Assembly (NCBI RefSeq): GCF_009914755.1
Contig: NC_060935.1
Length of the DNA: 64,000 bases
Direction: 5' to 3' (one strand)
DNA from: the human T2T-CHM13v2.0 reference genome, Homo sapiens
The notes beneath the pieces are model-generated. The model was not told where the DNA came from, searched no databases, and saw only the letters and a list, made by a program, of their open reading frames with translations. This document shows positions 14,813 to 30,284 of the stretch, piece by piece. The translations under genes were made by a program, and so were the position numbers. The stretch's first letter is position 1. Each line of letters opens with the position of its first letter.

Positions 14813-15162
14813 TTTCTTTCTTTCTTTTTTTCTTTTTTATTTTTATTTTTATTTATTTTTTTTTTTTTTTGAGACGGAGTCTCTCTGTCTCCCAGGCTGG
14901 AGTGTAGTGGTGCGATCTAGGCTCACTGCAAGCTCCGCCTCCCGGGTTCCCGCCATTCCCCTGCCTCAGCCTCCCGAGTAGCTGGGACTACAGGCGCCCC
15001 CGCCACCACGCCCGGCTATTTTTTTTTTTTTTTTTTGTATTTTTAGTAGAAATGGGGTTTAACCGTGTTAGCCAGGATGGCCTCGATTTCCTGACCTCGT
15101 GATCCGCCCGCCTTGGCCTCCCAAAGCGCTGGGATTACAGGCGTGAGCCACCATGCCCGGCC
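14813..15162 (-). mobile_element. AluY, antisense, with long T-rich tail and expanded linker
   Basis: AluY diagnostics (GCAAGCTCCGCCTCCCGGGTT, GCCAGGATGG, GACCTCGTGATCCGCCC); 14-bp TSD TGATTTCTACTTTC (14799-14812 and 15164-15177). Confidence 0.95.
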
Positions 15163-15890
15163 GTGATTTCTACTTTCAACATTTAAGCCACATTCCATAT
15201 CCTGATGGAAGTTCCAGAGAAGAGTTTGCATACAGTGTTTCCAGTTGTGTAAGTAGTTATTAGTATGAAAATATTTTATTAGACAAGTAAAAACCAAGGT
15301 TGGTGTGAAAGTCACAACTCAAACTGCTGACCAGACCACTGGCAGCTGGTTGCTGGTCCTCAAAATAGCTTTTTTTTTTTCCATGTATAAACTTTAAAAA
15401 TCCATGCCTTTGGTTTTGAGTCACACAGTCTGTGGGTTCCCCCTGCTGGCTCTTTAAGTATTAGGACTCACAAGCTAAAAAACACGTAGGGATACCTATA
15501 CACTGAAAACCAACTCCAGAGACAAAGCATCAGAATGATGCCTTGTATTGGAAGATTCCAGTTTGGAAGGGCAGAGAGATGTGGAGATAATACTAAGCTT
15601 ATTTAACCTAAGAACCAGTGAGACTCAGCCCATTCTATTTGACATGTTTACCCACTTATTGTTTTTATGAATTGGTTACTAATGTGTAAAATTTGAATTT
15701 TTCGTTTCCTTTGAAAGGCTGCCAACAGAGAGTCAATATTGTTCCACAGCTGTGGTAAAGTAGTGTTTGCCCTTCTTAGATGGGGCATGCCCACTTGCCC
15801 ACTAGAATTTGCCACAGTTACTAGTATTTGCTATGCCATGACTCACACTTACCGGGTGTGTCAGTTGTCCATTATCATCAGGCATGAGCT

Positions 15891-15891
<1 letters not shown>

Positions 15892-15936
<45 letters not shown>
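15892..15936. repeat. Poly(T)45 homopolymer
   Basis: Direct reading; not attached to an Alu or L1 body. Confidence 0.95.
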
Positions 15937-15937
<1 letters not shown>

Positions 15938-17579
15938 TATACTTAGCCAATTTCACTCATTACAGTTTGGTGCCCAGATTCCACCAGACATTTGAGTTTT
16001 GAACTTCCGCTTTGAAACATAGGGCAGGTACCAATTTCTCCAAAACTCACTACTGATTCCTCCAAATCCTTATACCTCAACCCCTTGCAAACTAAGTGTT
16101 TTTGTTATTTTGACATATGTAATTTAGAACTTAGCTGCTCGTAATGAAGCTACTTTTACCGCTTGGAGCTGAAATATGATAAAAATACATATAGAGATTC
16201 CTCTTAATAATGAACTATCAAAAGAATACCCTTACAGTACTGTTTCACTTCTGAATCAATTTCTATAGCTGCAGCAAGGAAGAAGAGAGAGACTAGTATT
16301 TAAAAAAACTTTATCAGTCAAGTAGCAGAAGAAAAAATACACTGTGACTGAGAATGGGATGAAAGAAATATCTGAGGTCTTTTAAGAAAAGACCATATAA
16401 TCTTATCTAGACCTGGCCACGACAAGCTGAAATTGAGGAAACCCAAAACTCCTTTTACACCGCATTTGGGTAAAAAGCAAAGCCTTGACCTGTTATTACC
16501 TGCCCCCAAGAAACCCAAACCTGCCATCAGGACTCACTGCTTCTTGATAATAGAGGTGCCAGGCACTGGTGGTTCACCAAAGCAGCTGTTAAGTTTATAT
16601 ATTTAGCATGAAATGAGTTTCTTTGGGGAGGGTGAAGATGGACTTTTTTTTTTTTTTAACACTGGAATGGTTAAATAATGATTTTCTGAGAACTTTCTGT
16701 TAAAAGGCCCTCCTATTCAAGTTCAGTTTCTTCCCTTCATCCACCTCTCATTCCAAATCTTCATTTTCCACATCTCAGTAGTTCTTACTCTATTAAGAGA
16801 TAACAAAATGAAGCAGTATGAAGATTCTTGCCGGGGGTCAGGATTTCTGGATCCAAATCACATCTCTGCTGCTGACCATTTTCTGGACCAGTTTCTCCCA
16901 TTAGCAAAATATGAGTTTAGAATACAGAAAAATGCATTGCTTTCCTTAATGACTACTACGTAATTAGGCATCCATGTACGTGTGCTTATCTAGTATAATC
17001 TTTTAAACTAAACACAAAAGCAAGTCAAAGGGTCCACAGTTAGTGTATGAGAATTATACATGACCCAAATATAAGCAAGTTGAATATGGGGGCCTTATTC
17101 ACGTCTATTTTTTCTTATGGCAGAAATCTTTTCTAAGAATTTCTTGTTGTTTTATGATAAAATGTTCATAAAATGAAACCAAGCAGCTCAAACTGTATAA
17201 TGAATTACTAACAACATTAAATACAATAACTAATATATCCAAGCCAGCTAGCCAGACACCTCTCAAAGAGAAATAAATGATTAGGTCCCAGCGGCTTGAA
17301 AGATCATGAATGGTAATCATGTCTAAAGCAAAAATTTGAAAAGTCCTCAGGGCCAAGTGGGCCATATCTGTCTCATGGGGTAAATAGTGGGCTTCAGATA
17401 TTAGGCAATCGTTAATGTCTCTGCTCTTTCTAATATCCCCTTCCTCATCCTTCTTGCTAAAGTAGTATTTTCCAAAGGGAATTTCATGGGATATCACTTG
17501 GTATCCTAAAGAAAAACAAGAGAGAGGGGGTAAGAGGCTCTATAATTTTTTAGGATATGCTGAATCGAATAACAATATG

Positions 17580-17712
17580 GTAGAAACAACTAGTGGGTAC
17601 CAGTCTTAATACCTGGCTGATTAAATAATCTGTACAACAAAATCCTGTGATATAAGTATACCTATGTAACAAACCTGCACTGATACCTAGGAGATTAAAA
17701 GTTAAAACAAAA
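17580..17712 (+). mobile_element. Short L1 (old L1PA/PB) 3'-end fragment
   Basis: AATAATCTGTACAACAAA...TACCTATGTAACAAACCTGCAC...TTAAAAGTTAAAA. Confidence 0.75.
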
Positions 17713-17797
17713 CAATATAGTGAAAACAGATTCTTCCCTGAGTCTTTAATATACCAACATGACAAGTGTTCTGGGAATTTGCATAAGGCGATAGCTA

Positions 17798-18380
17798 CAG
17801 TAGTTCTCAATGAGGTTTGGTACCATCCTCCAAGGATCATAGTATTAGTCTGTTTTCACACTGCTAATAAAGACATACCCAAGGCTGGGTAATTTACTTT
17901 TTTATAAAACGTTTTAATTAACTCACAGTTCCACATGGCTGTGGAGGCCTCACAATCATGGTGGAAGGCGAAGGAGGAGTAAAGGCACATCTTACATAGC
18001 AGCAGGCAGGAGAGCCTGTGCAGGGGAACTGCCTTTTTTAAAACCATCAGATCTCATGAGACTTATTCACTATCATGAGAACAGCATGGGGAAGAACCCG
18101 CCCCCATGATTCAATTACCTCCCACCAGGTTCCTCCCACGACATGTGGGGATTGTGGGAGCTACAATTCAAGATGAGATTTGAGGGGGTAGGGGGGCAGA
18201 GCCAAATCATATAAATCACTTATAAATGTATTAAGTCAATTTTGATTATCATGATGATGAGAACCTTTACTTGCATTTAAAGTCCAGAGAACATGGATGC
18301 TAAATAACGTGCAATATTTGGGGATAATTGCAGAAAACAAAGAATTGTCTGGCTGTAAGTGCTAGTAGCCTCTTGTTGAC
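17798..18380 (+). mobile_element. MER20-family element split by a THE1 LTR
   Basis: CAGTAGTTCTCAA start; resumes after 18214 with GGATGCTAAA...ACAAAGAATTGTCTGGC. Confidence 0.6.
17841..18214 (-). mobile_element. THE1 (B/C-type) solo LTR
   Basis: GTATTAGTCTGTTTTCACACTGCT...CCCATGATTCAATTACCTCCCACC...GCCAAATCATAT; TSD ATCAT/ATCAC. Confidence 0.93.
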
Positions 18381-19169
18381 ATCAGCAAAGACTGCAGCAT
18401 TTCCAAAAGGAATTTGAACAAAGAGCCTTCAGTTTGGAGTGAAACTTGTGAGACTACTATTTCCTGGAATCCATTTTGGGAAAGGTAGCTTAAGATACTT
18501 ACTTAAAGACTTAGTTATAGCACTAGTCACCACCCACCACCACCTATGAATTTCTTTTTTTAACTGGGACTTGGTGAAGACCCAGATTATTTCAATCCCT
18601 TTAATCAAAGTGAAATGAAGGCAGTGGAAGGGAGAAGCGTAATTGTGGGCAGAAATCCTGCCTCAAATACACTTAGGCGGAAAACCGCTTTATCTCTTCA
18701 GAGCATTTGTGGCTACTTCTCTTCCCTGAAGCATTAAGAAGACTCCATAAGCAAAGCCCTTCCACATCATAGGACAAATTGCTGAAGTGAAAGAGAGCTA
18801 CCCTCTACTTACTGGGACTGGTGTGAGGACCTTAACCAAGAAAAGAAGATACTGAATTGTAAATGTACCTAGGGGAATAAAATCTGAGTCTTACAAGTGC
18901 CTAAGAAATCAGCTTGTGGAACTTCCCAAACTTCCACATCAAGAAGTCTTTTCCTCTCCATTTTCACAGAAACTTCAAATTGTTACCCTTTTGATACTTT
19001 TTCCCCACCTTCACTGCTATTTCGATATAATTCATCATCTGATTTTATCATTAAATATTAAAAGGATTTTCAGAGAGTGTAAGGAGGTATAAACAACACA
19101 TGTGATAAACATACTCTTCTCACCCCTTCCCCAAATAATAGCTATTAAGTTCTGCACCTAATACAAAGC

Positions 19170-19325
19170 TATTTAGCTGGCTGAACTTGGGAAAATCACT
19201 AATACTTTTGGGAATCTTGGTTTTCTTGTCTCTAAAATAGAGTTACTAAAAATGTTCACTTTACAGGGTTGCTGTACACATGAAATGAGATCATGTTGCA
19301 AAAGGCTTTTGTCCTGTTGCACAAT
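19170..19325 (+). mobile_element. MIR
   Basis: TAGCTGGCTGAACTTGGGAAAATCAC...TCTCTAAAATAG...AAATGAGATCATG. Confidence 0.7.
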
Positions 19326-19849
19326 TAAGTGATCAATTGATGGTAAAGCTGTTATTTTTATTATTAATAGACATGAAACCGGTCTTCTAAGTCTTCGTTC
19401 AGAGTTCTTTGGCTACCTGAAATTCTCAAGAAGACCGTGCTGCTTCCAGATGTAGCTGAGAAGGTGGCTTTTCTAAACTTCTCAGGCAGCACTGGTGCAA
19501 GCAGACGGCAGCTGCAGCCTACTAGCCTGGTTTCTTATTCACCTTCTCAGGTTCCTTCTTCCACTCCCTTCTCCATCAGTTAAGATTTCCCTCAAGAAGG
19601 CACAGTAGCAGCAGAGGCCACCAAGTTAACAACTTTTCTTCTCCAGTGTTCAGCTCTGTGGGATTTACTGTTCCACTTTTTTAATCTGAACTGATCCTCA
19701 GGGTAATTCATAAATAGCATTATATTTGTTAGTCTTTATTACCTGGCCCATTTGGCAGTTTGCAGGTAATATTGGCATAACATGACTCTATACAGGAGAG
19801 TGAGGGATCCACAGTCAGAATTGACTAGAGCTCTATATAGCAATGAGGC

Positions 19850-19970
19850 CACTCCTCTCACTTATATTTCACAAGTAGGAAACGTAAGGTCTAGAGGGGG
19901 CACTCATTTGCCCAGGCCTCACCATGGTAAGTAAACTGCAGAACTGGGTCTGGATCTGGTTCTCTTGGCT
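19850..19970 (-). mobile_element. MIR fragment
   Basis: GGAAAC..AAGG.CTAGAG...TTGCCCAGG.CTCAC...GTAAGT...GCAGAACTGGG. Confidence 0.6.
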
Positions 19971-22155
19971 CTTTCAGAGTACAGAGAATACTATTTTGAT
20001 TGTACCTTAGTACCTCTTCTAGCCATAAGCATGAAACCAGGAAAATTCAGCTATAAGCATCTTAGTAAACTAGCAATGTATTTAGCTTAAATTCACAATG
20101 TAGATATTTCGTGTCAGGGATTCTGACTAAGAGTGCTGGATTACATAGTACTATTTCAACAAAATAAACTTCGACCCACTAATACCAGTCCTCAGAAGGA
20201 GCATCTGGAAGGAAGACTTGCCCAAGAAGTTATGGGTGTGTCTTATCAGATTTTCACAGGGATCCTGCTCTTAAGCCCCACTCTTACACCACCTCCTGCT
20301 GAATGCATTGGCTTACAAAGTGTGTAAGCTATTCTGTGCTCACCTGAACACAGTAGTGACATGGAGAGGAATTTTTACAGTCTTTACCTGCATAGTTAGA
20401 GGAAGAAAAAGAACTATGAATCTCCTCTCCCTAAATGCACTATACAACCCTCCTCAGAGGTTCTGTTATCTCTACAGGGCACTTCCAGGAATCAGGGCTT
20501 GGATTGCCACAGACCCAGCAACCACATACCTTCCTCTCTTTTCCTTAGCCCTGTACTGAGGGAAACTTGTCTCTGCCTTCCATTTTCCCCAGCGTCTCAC
20601 ATCAAACCCTCGTCTTCCTTTTCATTTCTTTCAATTGACTTTGACAGCTTATTAAACCCAGATCCTAAGTATTCCCATCTTTCCTTGAGGGAAAGAAATT
20701 CATCTTCAAATCCTTCCAGAGGTTAAGGAGAAACTTTGTCATTCAATTCCTGCTGAATAGCAAAGAAAGGCAAGAAAAGCAAATCAGTTAAGCCTGTATT
20801 TTAAGATTATCTGAATATTTATATTCTACTATAACTTTAAAAGTAAGGTAAATTTAGGGGGACACAAAATCCAAACCAAATTCCTCACCTTACTATAATT
20901 AACTAGTTCTCTGTTCTCAGCTTCTGATTTCTTCCATAGGGTTTGTATCTGGTAAATTCCCTCACTTCATTTAATCTGCAGCCTCTTCCTTCTTAATTTT
21001 CTTTTTAGACTTATCCATTCCCGATCTCAGTGCAAACTATACATTAAAAAAAAATACATGGGGACATGGAGGGGAGGGCAGTCCAGCAATATAGTCCAGG
21101 ACAAAGCAGTAACCAGAGCTGTCCTTTTCTGTAAAAGGGGAATAATAATAGAATCTAACATATAGTGTTATTATGAAGATTAAAAGAAGATATTTCATAT
21201 GAAGCATTTAGCCCAGCCCTTGACACATGTAAGTATCCAATAAATGTTTGCTCTTATTAAATTTTTATGGTAAAATTACCCCTACACAGTAACCATATGG
21301 TTCTTTCTCTAAGTGAGGCACAGTACACCCACCTTTCAGTGACACTATGCATTTGGAATCATTAGGAGAAAAACATTAGTTAACTCCTTCAATTTGATTC
21401 CACCACCTACAAATTTAAAATGAAATTTAAACAAGGAATCTCTTCTAGGCACTTAATAAGGGCTTATTTTTAGCCAAGCATTACTCTAGGTTCAGGGCAG
21501 AGAGCAAAAGGAAAAGGCAAGCATATTGAGAACAAGAATTTACAGTGTCACTAGAAAATAACACTTGGGTTTGGAGGGTGAATTAAGTTTGCTTTTTCCC
21601 TTTCTTACTTGTCATTTATATTTGTATTCAGAAAATTTTAGAAAAAGTATTCTTTATAAGACTTGCTTACCTCGTGTTTCTTGCTAAGAATGTGGCCTCT
21701 GGTTATTTGACTTATTCGGGAACTAATCACCAAAAACTGATTCATATGGTTCCTGTTTCTCAAGTGGTCCCATTTGAATGGCATTACCTTGAGATATAAG
21801 GTTCCTGTCCCATTAGACATTTTAAATAAACGTGTTTTTACTAAAAACTAGAATCAGAAAACTGTACCCAATAAAATCAATAAATTAAGGCTACTCCGGC
21901 AAAACTCCTTGATTTTCATTGAGCATATGCATATCCCTTAGGAGTTATACAAGTACTACATAAAGTACTATGGAAAACATTATGTAAAATTTAACTATAT
22001 GATGAAGCGGTTATTGCCAATACAAATAGTAGTAATGACAACACTCAGCAATAGCCATAATACCATGGCAGGAAACTCCAAAAGAGAAAAAAAAAATCAA
22101 GGAAAACTTTCTAAAAATAAAATCCTGACTGCCTCCCTTTCACTCTCTCTCTCCC

Positions 22156-22157
<2 letters not shown>

Positions 22158-22208
<51 letters not shown>
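22158..22208. repeat. (TG)~25 microsatellite preceded by a short (CT)n
   Basis: Direct reading. Confidence 0.97.
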
Positions 22209-22211
<3 letters not shown>

Positions 22212-22304
22212 AACAAGAGGCATCCAGAAAGCCCAATCAATCAGGGTCTACACAGAGCATTCAAATGAGTTCTGCTTTTGGCTTTGAAAATAAGTATAAG
22301 AAGG

Positions 22305-22639
22305 GTGCTGTCCTTCTCAGTAACATGGATGGAGCTGGAGACCATTATCCTAAGTAACATAATTCAAAAACAGAAAATCAAATACTGCATATTCTCAAAA
22401 GTAGGAGATAAACAATCAGTACATGTGGACATGAAGATGGAAATAATAGACACTAGGACCCCCAAAGTGGGAAGAATGGGAGTGGAGAGGAGGTTGAAAA
22501 ATCACCTACTGGTTACAGCATTCACTACTCGGGTGATGGGTGCACGAGAAGCCCAAACCTCACTGCTTCTCAATATATCTAAGTAATAAACCTCCACATG
22601 TACTCCTTGAATCTATAAAAATAAGTAAATAAATAAAAA
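22305..22639 (+). mobile_element. 5'-truncated L1 (L1PB/L1MA-type) 3' end
   Basis: ACATGGATGGAGCTGGAGACCATTATCCTAAGT...GAATCTATAAAAATAA tail. Confidence 0.85.
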
Positions 22640-22645
22640 GAGGGC

Positions 22646-23199
22646 TGTTAAAGGAAAGACATCACACTGGACAAGACAGTAAACACCCAAGTTAGTTTTG
22701 TTCCAATTTGATCACCAGCAATAGGAGAAAGGGCACAAAGTCTGCACACTCAGCTCCACTAAGAAAAGGGGGAGAGAGTCTTTATTAAGAGCTGGGGTTG
22801 AGGGTCATAAGCCATCTGTGTTTGCTAACTGGCCTTACCCATAGGAAAAGAAGACTTTCTTATGTCTTCCTAACTGGAGGTCCTTTCACAACTTGGAACA
22901 AAGCATTTGCTGAAGGTAGGTTCCTAACCTTCCACAAAAACTGGGAGATAGGGATGCTATCTTCCTTGTTCATTATATTTCAAAGAGTACATTTCCAAGT
23001 TTTTAGGAAAGCATTTTCTGGGTGGTAAAACTAGCAAGAGGCTTTTTAAAATATTAACATCTCAAAGGAGCAGAGAATTTAGGATTACAAATATTCTAAA
23101 GTCAATAATCCAAGAAAAGAGAGGTGAGGGGCTTAATGTAGAGAATAAATATGTCTAACGGTTAGTCAAGCTGAGGGAAACTTTAGGCCTTATTGGTCA
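22646..23199 (-). mobile_element. ERV1 solo LTR, MER67-like
   Basis: TG...CA termini; minus strand begins TGACCAATAAGGCCTAAAGTTTCCCTCAGCTTGACTAA. Confidence 0.7.
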
Positions 23200-24928
23200 G
23201 AGGCCATTCACTTGCATATACACAAGTATATGTGGAGAAACCATGGTAATAACGTCAGAAAGGCTAACTCCTGAACAGAAATAACATAGGTTCACTCCAG
23301 AAAGACAGCTGCTATATTGGAAAAGTATATGACAGTTGTCATAGGAGCCAGGTAAAGCCCTGCACTTAGATTTGAAAAATGAACACATCTTTCCAAGACT
23401 GCAGACATTTTATGGAAGCTCTGTTATGCTGGATTTTCCATGCTGACACCCTCCTCACCCTTCCACTCTTCATCAGAATGAACTTGTTCCATATTCCATT
23501 TGCTGTCTCTGACAAATCAATTTTTGCTAGGGTAATAAAAGGTACACTAAGAATTACAAGATGATTGACTATTTTAAGGCAACATATAGTCTGCTATTTA
23601 GTTGCTTAAATATTGTAGTTGCTAAAATAGATGAAGCCTTAGTCACATTTCCTAACAAGGAACAGTGACTGTCTACTTCTACAATGCTGAATTTTATCCA
23701 TTTATAAAATATACTTTGTTGATTTTTCTTAAATGCTGTCTGCTTTACTTGGTATCCATTCTAAAAAAAAAACTGAGTGAATGTAAAAGCTATACTCAGT
23801 GCTTAGATTTATCTAGGAATCTTCCTTTTAAGTAATAAAAGCAATAATATTTATATTGCTTTTATATGTTATCATGTAGCATACTCATATGTACTTACAT
23901 GAATATATAGAACTTCATAGTTTGAAGCTGCTTCTCTAGCTACTAATTCATTTCATCTTCACAACAATCCTTGAAGAATTATTATCCCAATTTTACAAGA
24001 GTTAAGTGAAGCTCACTGATGATAGTGGCCGAAGTCTTATGCCAAGGAAATGTCAAAGCTACTAACAGAAAAACAAGAGAAATTGTTTATGGCATTGGCT
24101 TCCAGAGGCCTCCATCTTAACAGGGAGTCCTTTGCCAACTTTGAAATAAGGAGTTTAGGCTAAGTGAGGTTCATGTCTCTTTCAGCTCTGAGTTTGTGGT
24201 TTTGCCTTGGTGGTTTTTGTAATTACAACTTCAACTCTGTGTCCATATGATACCTTGCATGGTAATATATTTGCATTATTAAAAGGTCTTCTGAAGTCCA
24301 AGTTGTTTTTTAAAAGAAAAACTCAACTTTCATGTTCTACTTTGGTAAAAGAAAGAGGCTAGATGAAAATATATCTAAGATACTTTTTCAGTTCTATTAA
24401 TTTACAAAGTGTTTAACTTTTTGTTTTTCTCATCTCTTTCTGCTTTAAATATGCTTACCAATATTCTTGCATTTTTATGTAAAGTCATTAAAAAATCTGT
24501 CTGCATTCCCTAAACACACATGCACAAGCAACTTCAGAGGCTCAGAATCTACCAGCCTGAGTCCACCAACTAGCAATGAGCCAGAGATCTGCTTTTCTGC
24601 TTTTACTTGACAAGAGATTTAAATATAGCCAATTCAAGAATATTACAGTGTTCCCTTCCCAACCACAAGTAACATTTCATTCGTTTCACTGAACATTTAT
24701 TTTCTATCCAAGGACTCAAATGAAACCACATTTAAGAGAATGCTCTATGACAATGGTTGTACTTATACTGTGTGTACTCTGAAGTACTTGGCAAAGGTTC
24801 CGCATGCTTGCATTAAGAATCGGATTGGGGGTGGCATTATAAAACTAGAGTGATTGCTCAAAATCTATACCTTGCCCTCCTTTAAATTATGTAGCTACCC
24901 AACCTTAAATTTAAACATAAAATTTATA

Positions 24929-25270
<342 letters not shown>

Positions 25271-26021
25271 TTAAAGAAATAAGGCAAAAAGGAGAGAAGA
25301 CACTACCATTCAGTTGATTTTGTGTACTGTAGATTAAGCAAGCTGTGAAAAAGGCAAGGACGGTGCATAAAGGCCTTCTATCTCCTGCAATCCTCCTCCA
25401 GCCCTGCTCTCATTGCCCTCAGCTTCTGTTCAGCTGCCAAGTGCCAGCGTTCCCTCAACTTACGCCAATCCACAACCTCTCCACCCAACAACATACTTCC
25501 CCCAGCCAGCCATGTAGACAAGTAATCAGCCAACCCATGCTGGTGTATCTCTTACTTTATAATTGTCACTCCCTACCATAATTGTCTCCTTTTTTTTCTA
25601 ATCCTAGGAACATTCCCATTTCTTACCTATGTAAGAAATTCTTGGCTGTAAATAATAAGTATATGATTTACCTTATGTAAGGCTAAGAGTCAGGTTTTGG
25701 AACTAGGCAAACTGCTCTGCTACTTATTGTGTGACATTAAGTAAATCACTTAACCTCCCTGAGTCTTACTTTCTTTATCTGTAACATGGAGATAATATTA
25801 CTGTCTTCACTGGGTTTTGTGAGCACATAGTTTCTGCCCTGAAAATATAGTCATTGTTGTTGTTGTCACTTTAAAAAAGAGAAAATTGTTCCAGAAGATA
25901 ACTCATTTTTTTTTTTAACAGCGGTTTGAAGTTGCATGATCTTGTGGTTAAAAAAAAAAAACAATGATACTACACTGGACTGGAAGATTTCAGATCTAGT
26001 CCCTGCCTCACTTCCTCATTG

Positions 26022-26689
26022 TGTAACAGAGGGCACTAGAGACACATTGCCGAAGAAGGATTTTCCTTTCTGGTTCTGATGAGCTGGCTCAGAAGCCCTC
26101 TGCAGCCCACACAACTTCTCCCATGCCCAGCTGTTTCAGTGAACTGCTTCTCTAGTGCCCAGTTCCTGTACCAAGTACAGCTTCCCCAGAGCCTAGCTCC
26201 TGCAGCAGACAGTTATCAGGAGCACCCAGTAGGCAGCAGCTTCCCCTGCCATCCGCTCAACCAGGCAATTTTGTATTGGAATGCCTCAGGCAAGACAACT
26301 TCTGTGAACAACTTTTTCCAGTCTCTAGAGTGTAGATTTTCTGTAAGTTTCTAGAGGGCAGATTTCCAGCAGTTTCCACTAGTGAGGTGCCACAGCAATT
26401 TCTCTGCCATCCAATGAACCATAGCAGAGCCTTCTCCCAAAAGATCTGGGTCTCAGCCTGGGAGCTGGGAGTGGATCTTCCTTGGCTGCTGTATCTCAGC
26501 CTATCTCAGTCTGGGAGGTACTGGCTGCTCTTTATATTTGCTACTCCCGTATTCCTTAGAATTCTCTTTACTTCTTAAGAACCAAACCCTTATTGTGCCA
26601 ATCCCTTTTTATAATTAATAATTCTTTAAATTTTTCCCATTCAAATTACCATGTAGTTTTTGTCTTCTGATTGGACATTGACTGATACA
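26022..26689 (+). mobile_element. Old ERVL-class solo LTR (subfamily uncertain)
   Basis: Starts TGTAAC; ends TTCAAATTAC...TGTCTTCTGATTGGACATTGACTGATACA, typical of ERVL LTR 3' ends. Confidence 0.55.
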
Positions 26690-26736
26690 CTCAGAAATAC
26701 TATTATTTCCAGAATGCTATTGTTAAGAATGAGATC

Positions 26737-27039
<303 letters not shown>

Positions 27040-27244
27040 TAATTTCACTGCTAAGCCTCTCTAAGGAGCATTGTTTTGGAGGTGAGACGTCAGAAGAAAG
27101 TAACAAGGCTTTTGGAATGGCAGAACCACATGTGAAAGACACAAAAACCTTCACTTAGAATACAAAACAGATATGCATAGAGCCCAAAGTCATCTAAATA
27201 ATCAAGAGGGACATTCATAAGTTTTATTTGGTTTTGTACCACTT

Positions 27245-27885
27245 AGAGTTAGCTAGACTGCAAAGTTAAGGTCACAGTCCTCTAGACTGCCAAGTCTGCC
27301 CAAGACTTTTGAAACAGACAAGTTTGGGAGGCTCCCAGAATCATCCCCAGAATCATTCTTGGGCTCAATAATTTGTTAGAAAGACTCACAGAACTCACTG
27401 AAAGTTATTATACTCAAGGTCACTTTTATTAAAAGGAAAATATACAAATTAGAACCAGACAAAGGAAGACACACAAGGCAGAGTCTTGGAAGGATCCAAA
27501 CAAACACAGGGCATCTAGTCATCCTTTCTCCAAGGAGTCAGGGATGGACAGGGTTACCTCCTTCTGGCCACAAGCTATGGCACTACACATGGGTATTGCC
27601 AGCCAGAGAAGCTCAATTGAGGTTTGATGTCCAGAATTTTTATTAGGGTCCATTACTTAGGCAAAATTGATTGAATCACGCTCCCTGAAGGTTAAACTGA
27701 GATCACATGGTCAGAAGGGCTTACCATGAGTTACCTTTATAGCATAAACTATTAGCGGATCCAGATCAAATGACAAAGACACTCCTATCAATAAGGAAAT
27801 GCCAAAGGTTCCAAGGTTACCTCCCAGGAACCTGAGACAAAGGCCAGATCTCTTTATGACCTGGCTAAATTCCTTGCTACTCATG
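27245..27885 (-). mobile_element. MER21-family LTR
   Basis: GACTCACAGAACTCACTGAAAG...AAAGACACTCCTATCA...CCTCCCAGGA...AAAGGCCAGATCTCT. Confidence 0.8.
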
Positions 27886-29392
27886 TACCAAATACATTGA
27901 AGAGCTGAAACAAAAGAAGTTATAGTAATTATTACCCTAAAGACAGATTTTCTTGGAAACAAATGTAGTTGTTTCTATAAGGTCAGTCTCATTGGAAGGA
28001 TAATAGATTGGATATAAAAAAGGAGAAGGAGCAGCCAAAAATGTCATAGGGTTTTCCTTTTCTTCTGTCTTCTTTTTAACTTTTATTCTAGGTTCAGGTT
28101 TACATATGCAGGTTTGTTATATATGTAAAGTGTACCTTATCAGTTTTTAATTATTTTTTCAACCTTGGGATCCCAGGTTTTATGTACTCGCATGGAAAGC
28201 TGATTTAGAAGTGAAATTTGTCACATTAATTTCCTGTTTTCTTTCTTTTATATGACATCATTTTCATCTCTGTATACTTTCATGCTTCATCTCATTATAG
28301 ATTTGCCTCTATAACCATCCTGAAAGCACAAAGAAATTATTCTATGCCTCTTTTCTCCCTCCCCAACTCCAGGAAGAGTTAGTATATCAAAACGTCACTA
28401 TCCCACCAGAATCTGTGGTCATGTGGTCTCTCATGTTCTCTTTCTTCTTGTTCTAAATAGTTTCATGTGCTCAGTGATTAGATCACTGTTTTGCATGTGT
28501 ATGTGTTCAATTACATTAGCAGTGATCCGGGGAATGCCATAATGTTATTATATATAGTGAATGGTCAGGACACTATACAGGCTGTCTGAAATAGATGTAA
28601 AATGTTATTTCCATGGCTGCTTTATCATTGTATTTGGTCCAGTTAAATTGTATGTGGTAAAAAGCAAAATAAAATAAAGGTGAGGAAAGCAGATTGGATA
28701 CGCTATAAATTCACAGAAACCAACCCTGATATAATTGCAACACTATTAGTTCATCCTTCTACATTTATATGGTGAGCTCATTTTCTTCTATCACTACACT
28801 TATTACTCTATCATCAAGTCTTAACTCTCCATTTTATTCTTAAAATTAAGCAGATGATGTCACCATTTACCTTACAGGGAAAATACAAACATTACATATA
28901 CATGCACACACTCACACAAATACATCTCTTCCCTGCCAAGAAATACGCAAATTTGCCATATATACATAACTAATTTAACAATATTTCTCCCTGGTTAAAA
29001 TAAAGTGTATCTCCTTTCTATCTAAGGGCAATGCTTTCCTACATGCTTTCAGATACATCACCTTTACTTTTCTCCAGAAAATTGGATTGTTGATTAACAT
29101 TGTTATTCCTTTTCCTTCTCATATGTTGCAACATCTCTGTGGATTCTTCCTTTGGTGTTTAAACATACCCAAGTTTCTCCCAATTAAATATAAAAGTCCT
29201 TCCTTCAATACTACATCCTATACTAGTTAGCAGACTATCTCTCTTCTCACCTTTAAGGCTAAATTTCTATAAAGAAATATTTCAACTCACTTCTAACTCA
29301 CTCCTCAAACTACTCTAGCCTGGAGTTTTGCCTCCATCATGCTACTGAACCATGTCTCATGAAGATCACCCAAAATCTCCTGTTACTAAATC

Positions 29393-30284
<892 letters not shown>

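Noticed and set aside
17105-17497. 130-aa minus-strand ORF
   Set aside because: No recognisable homology, non-ATG start, and length within chance expectation for 64 kb
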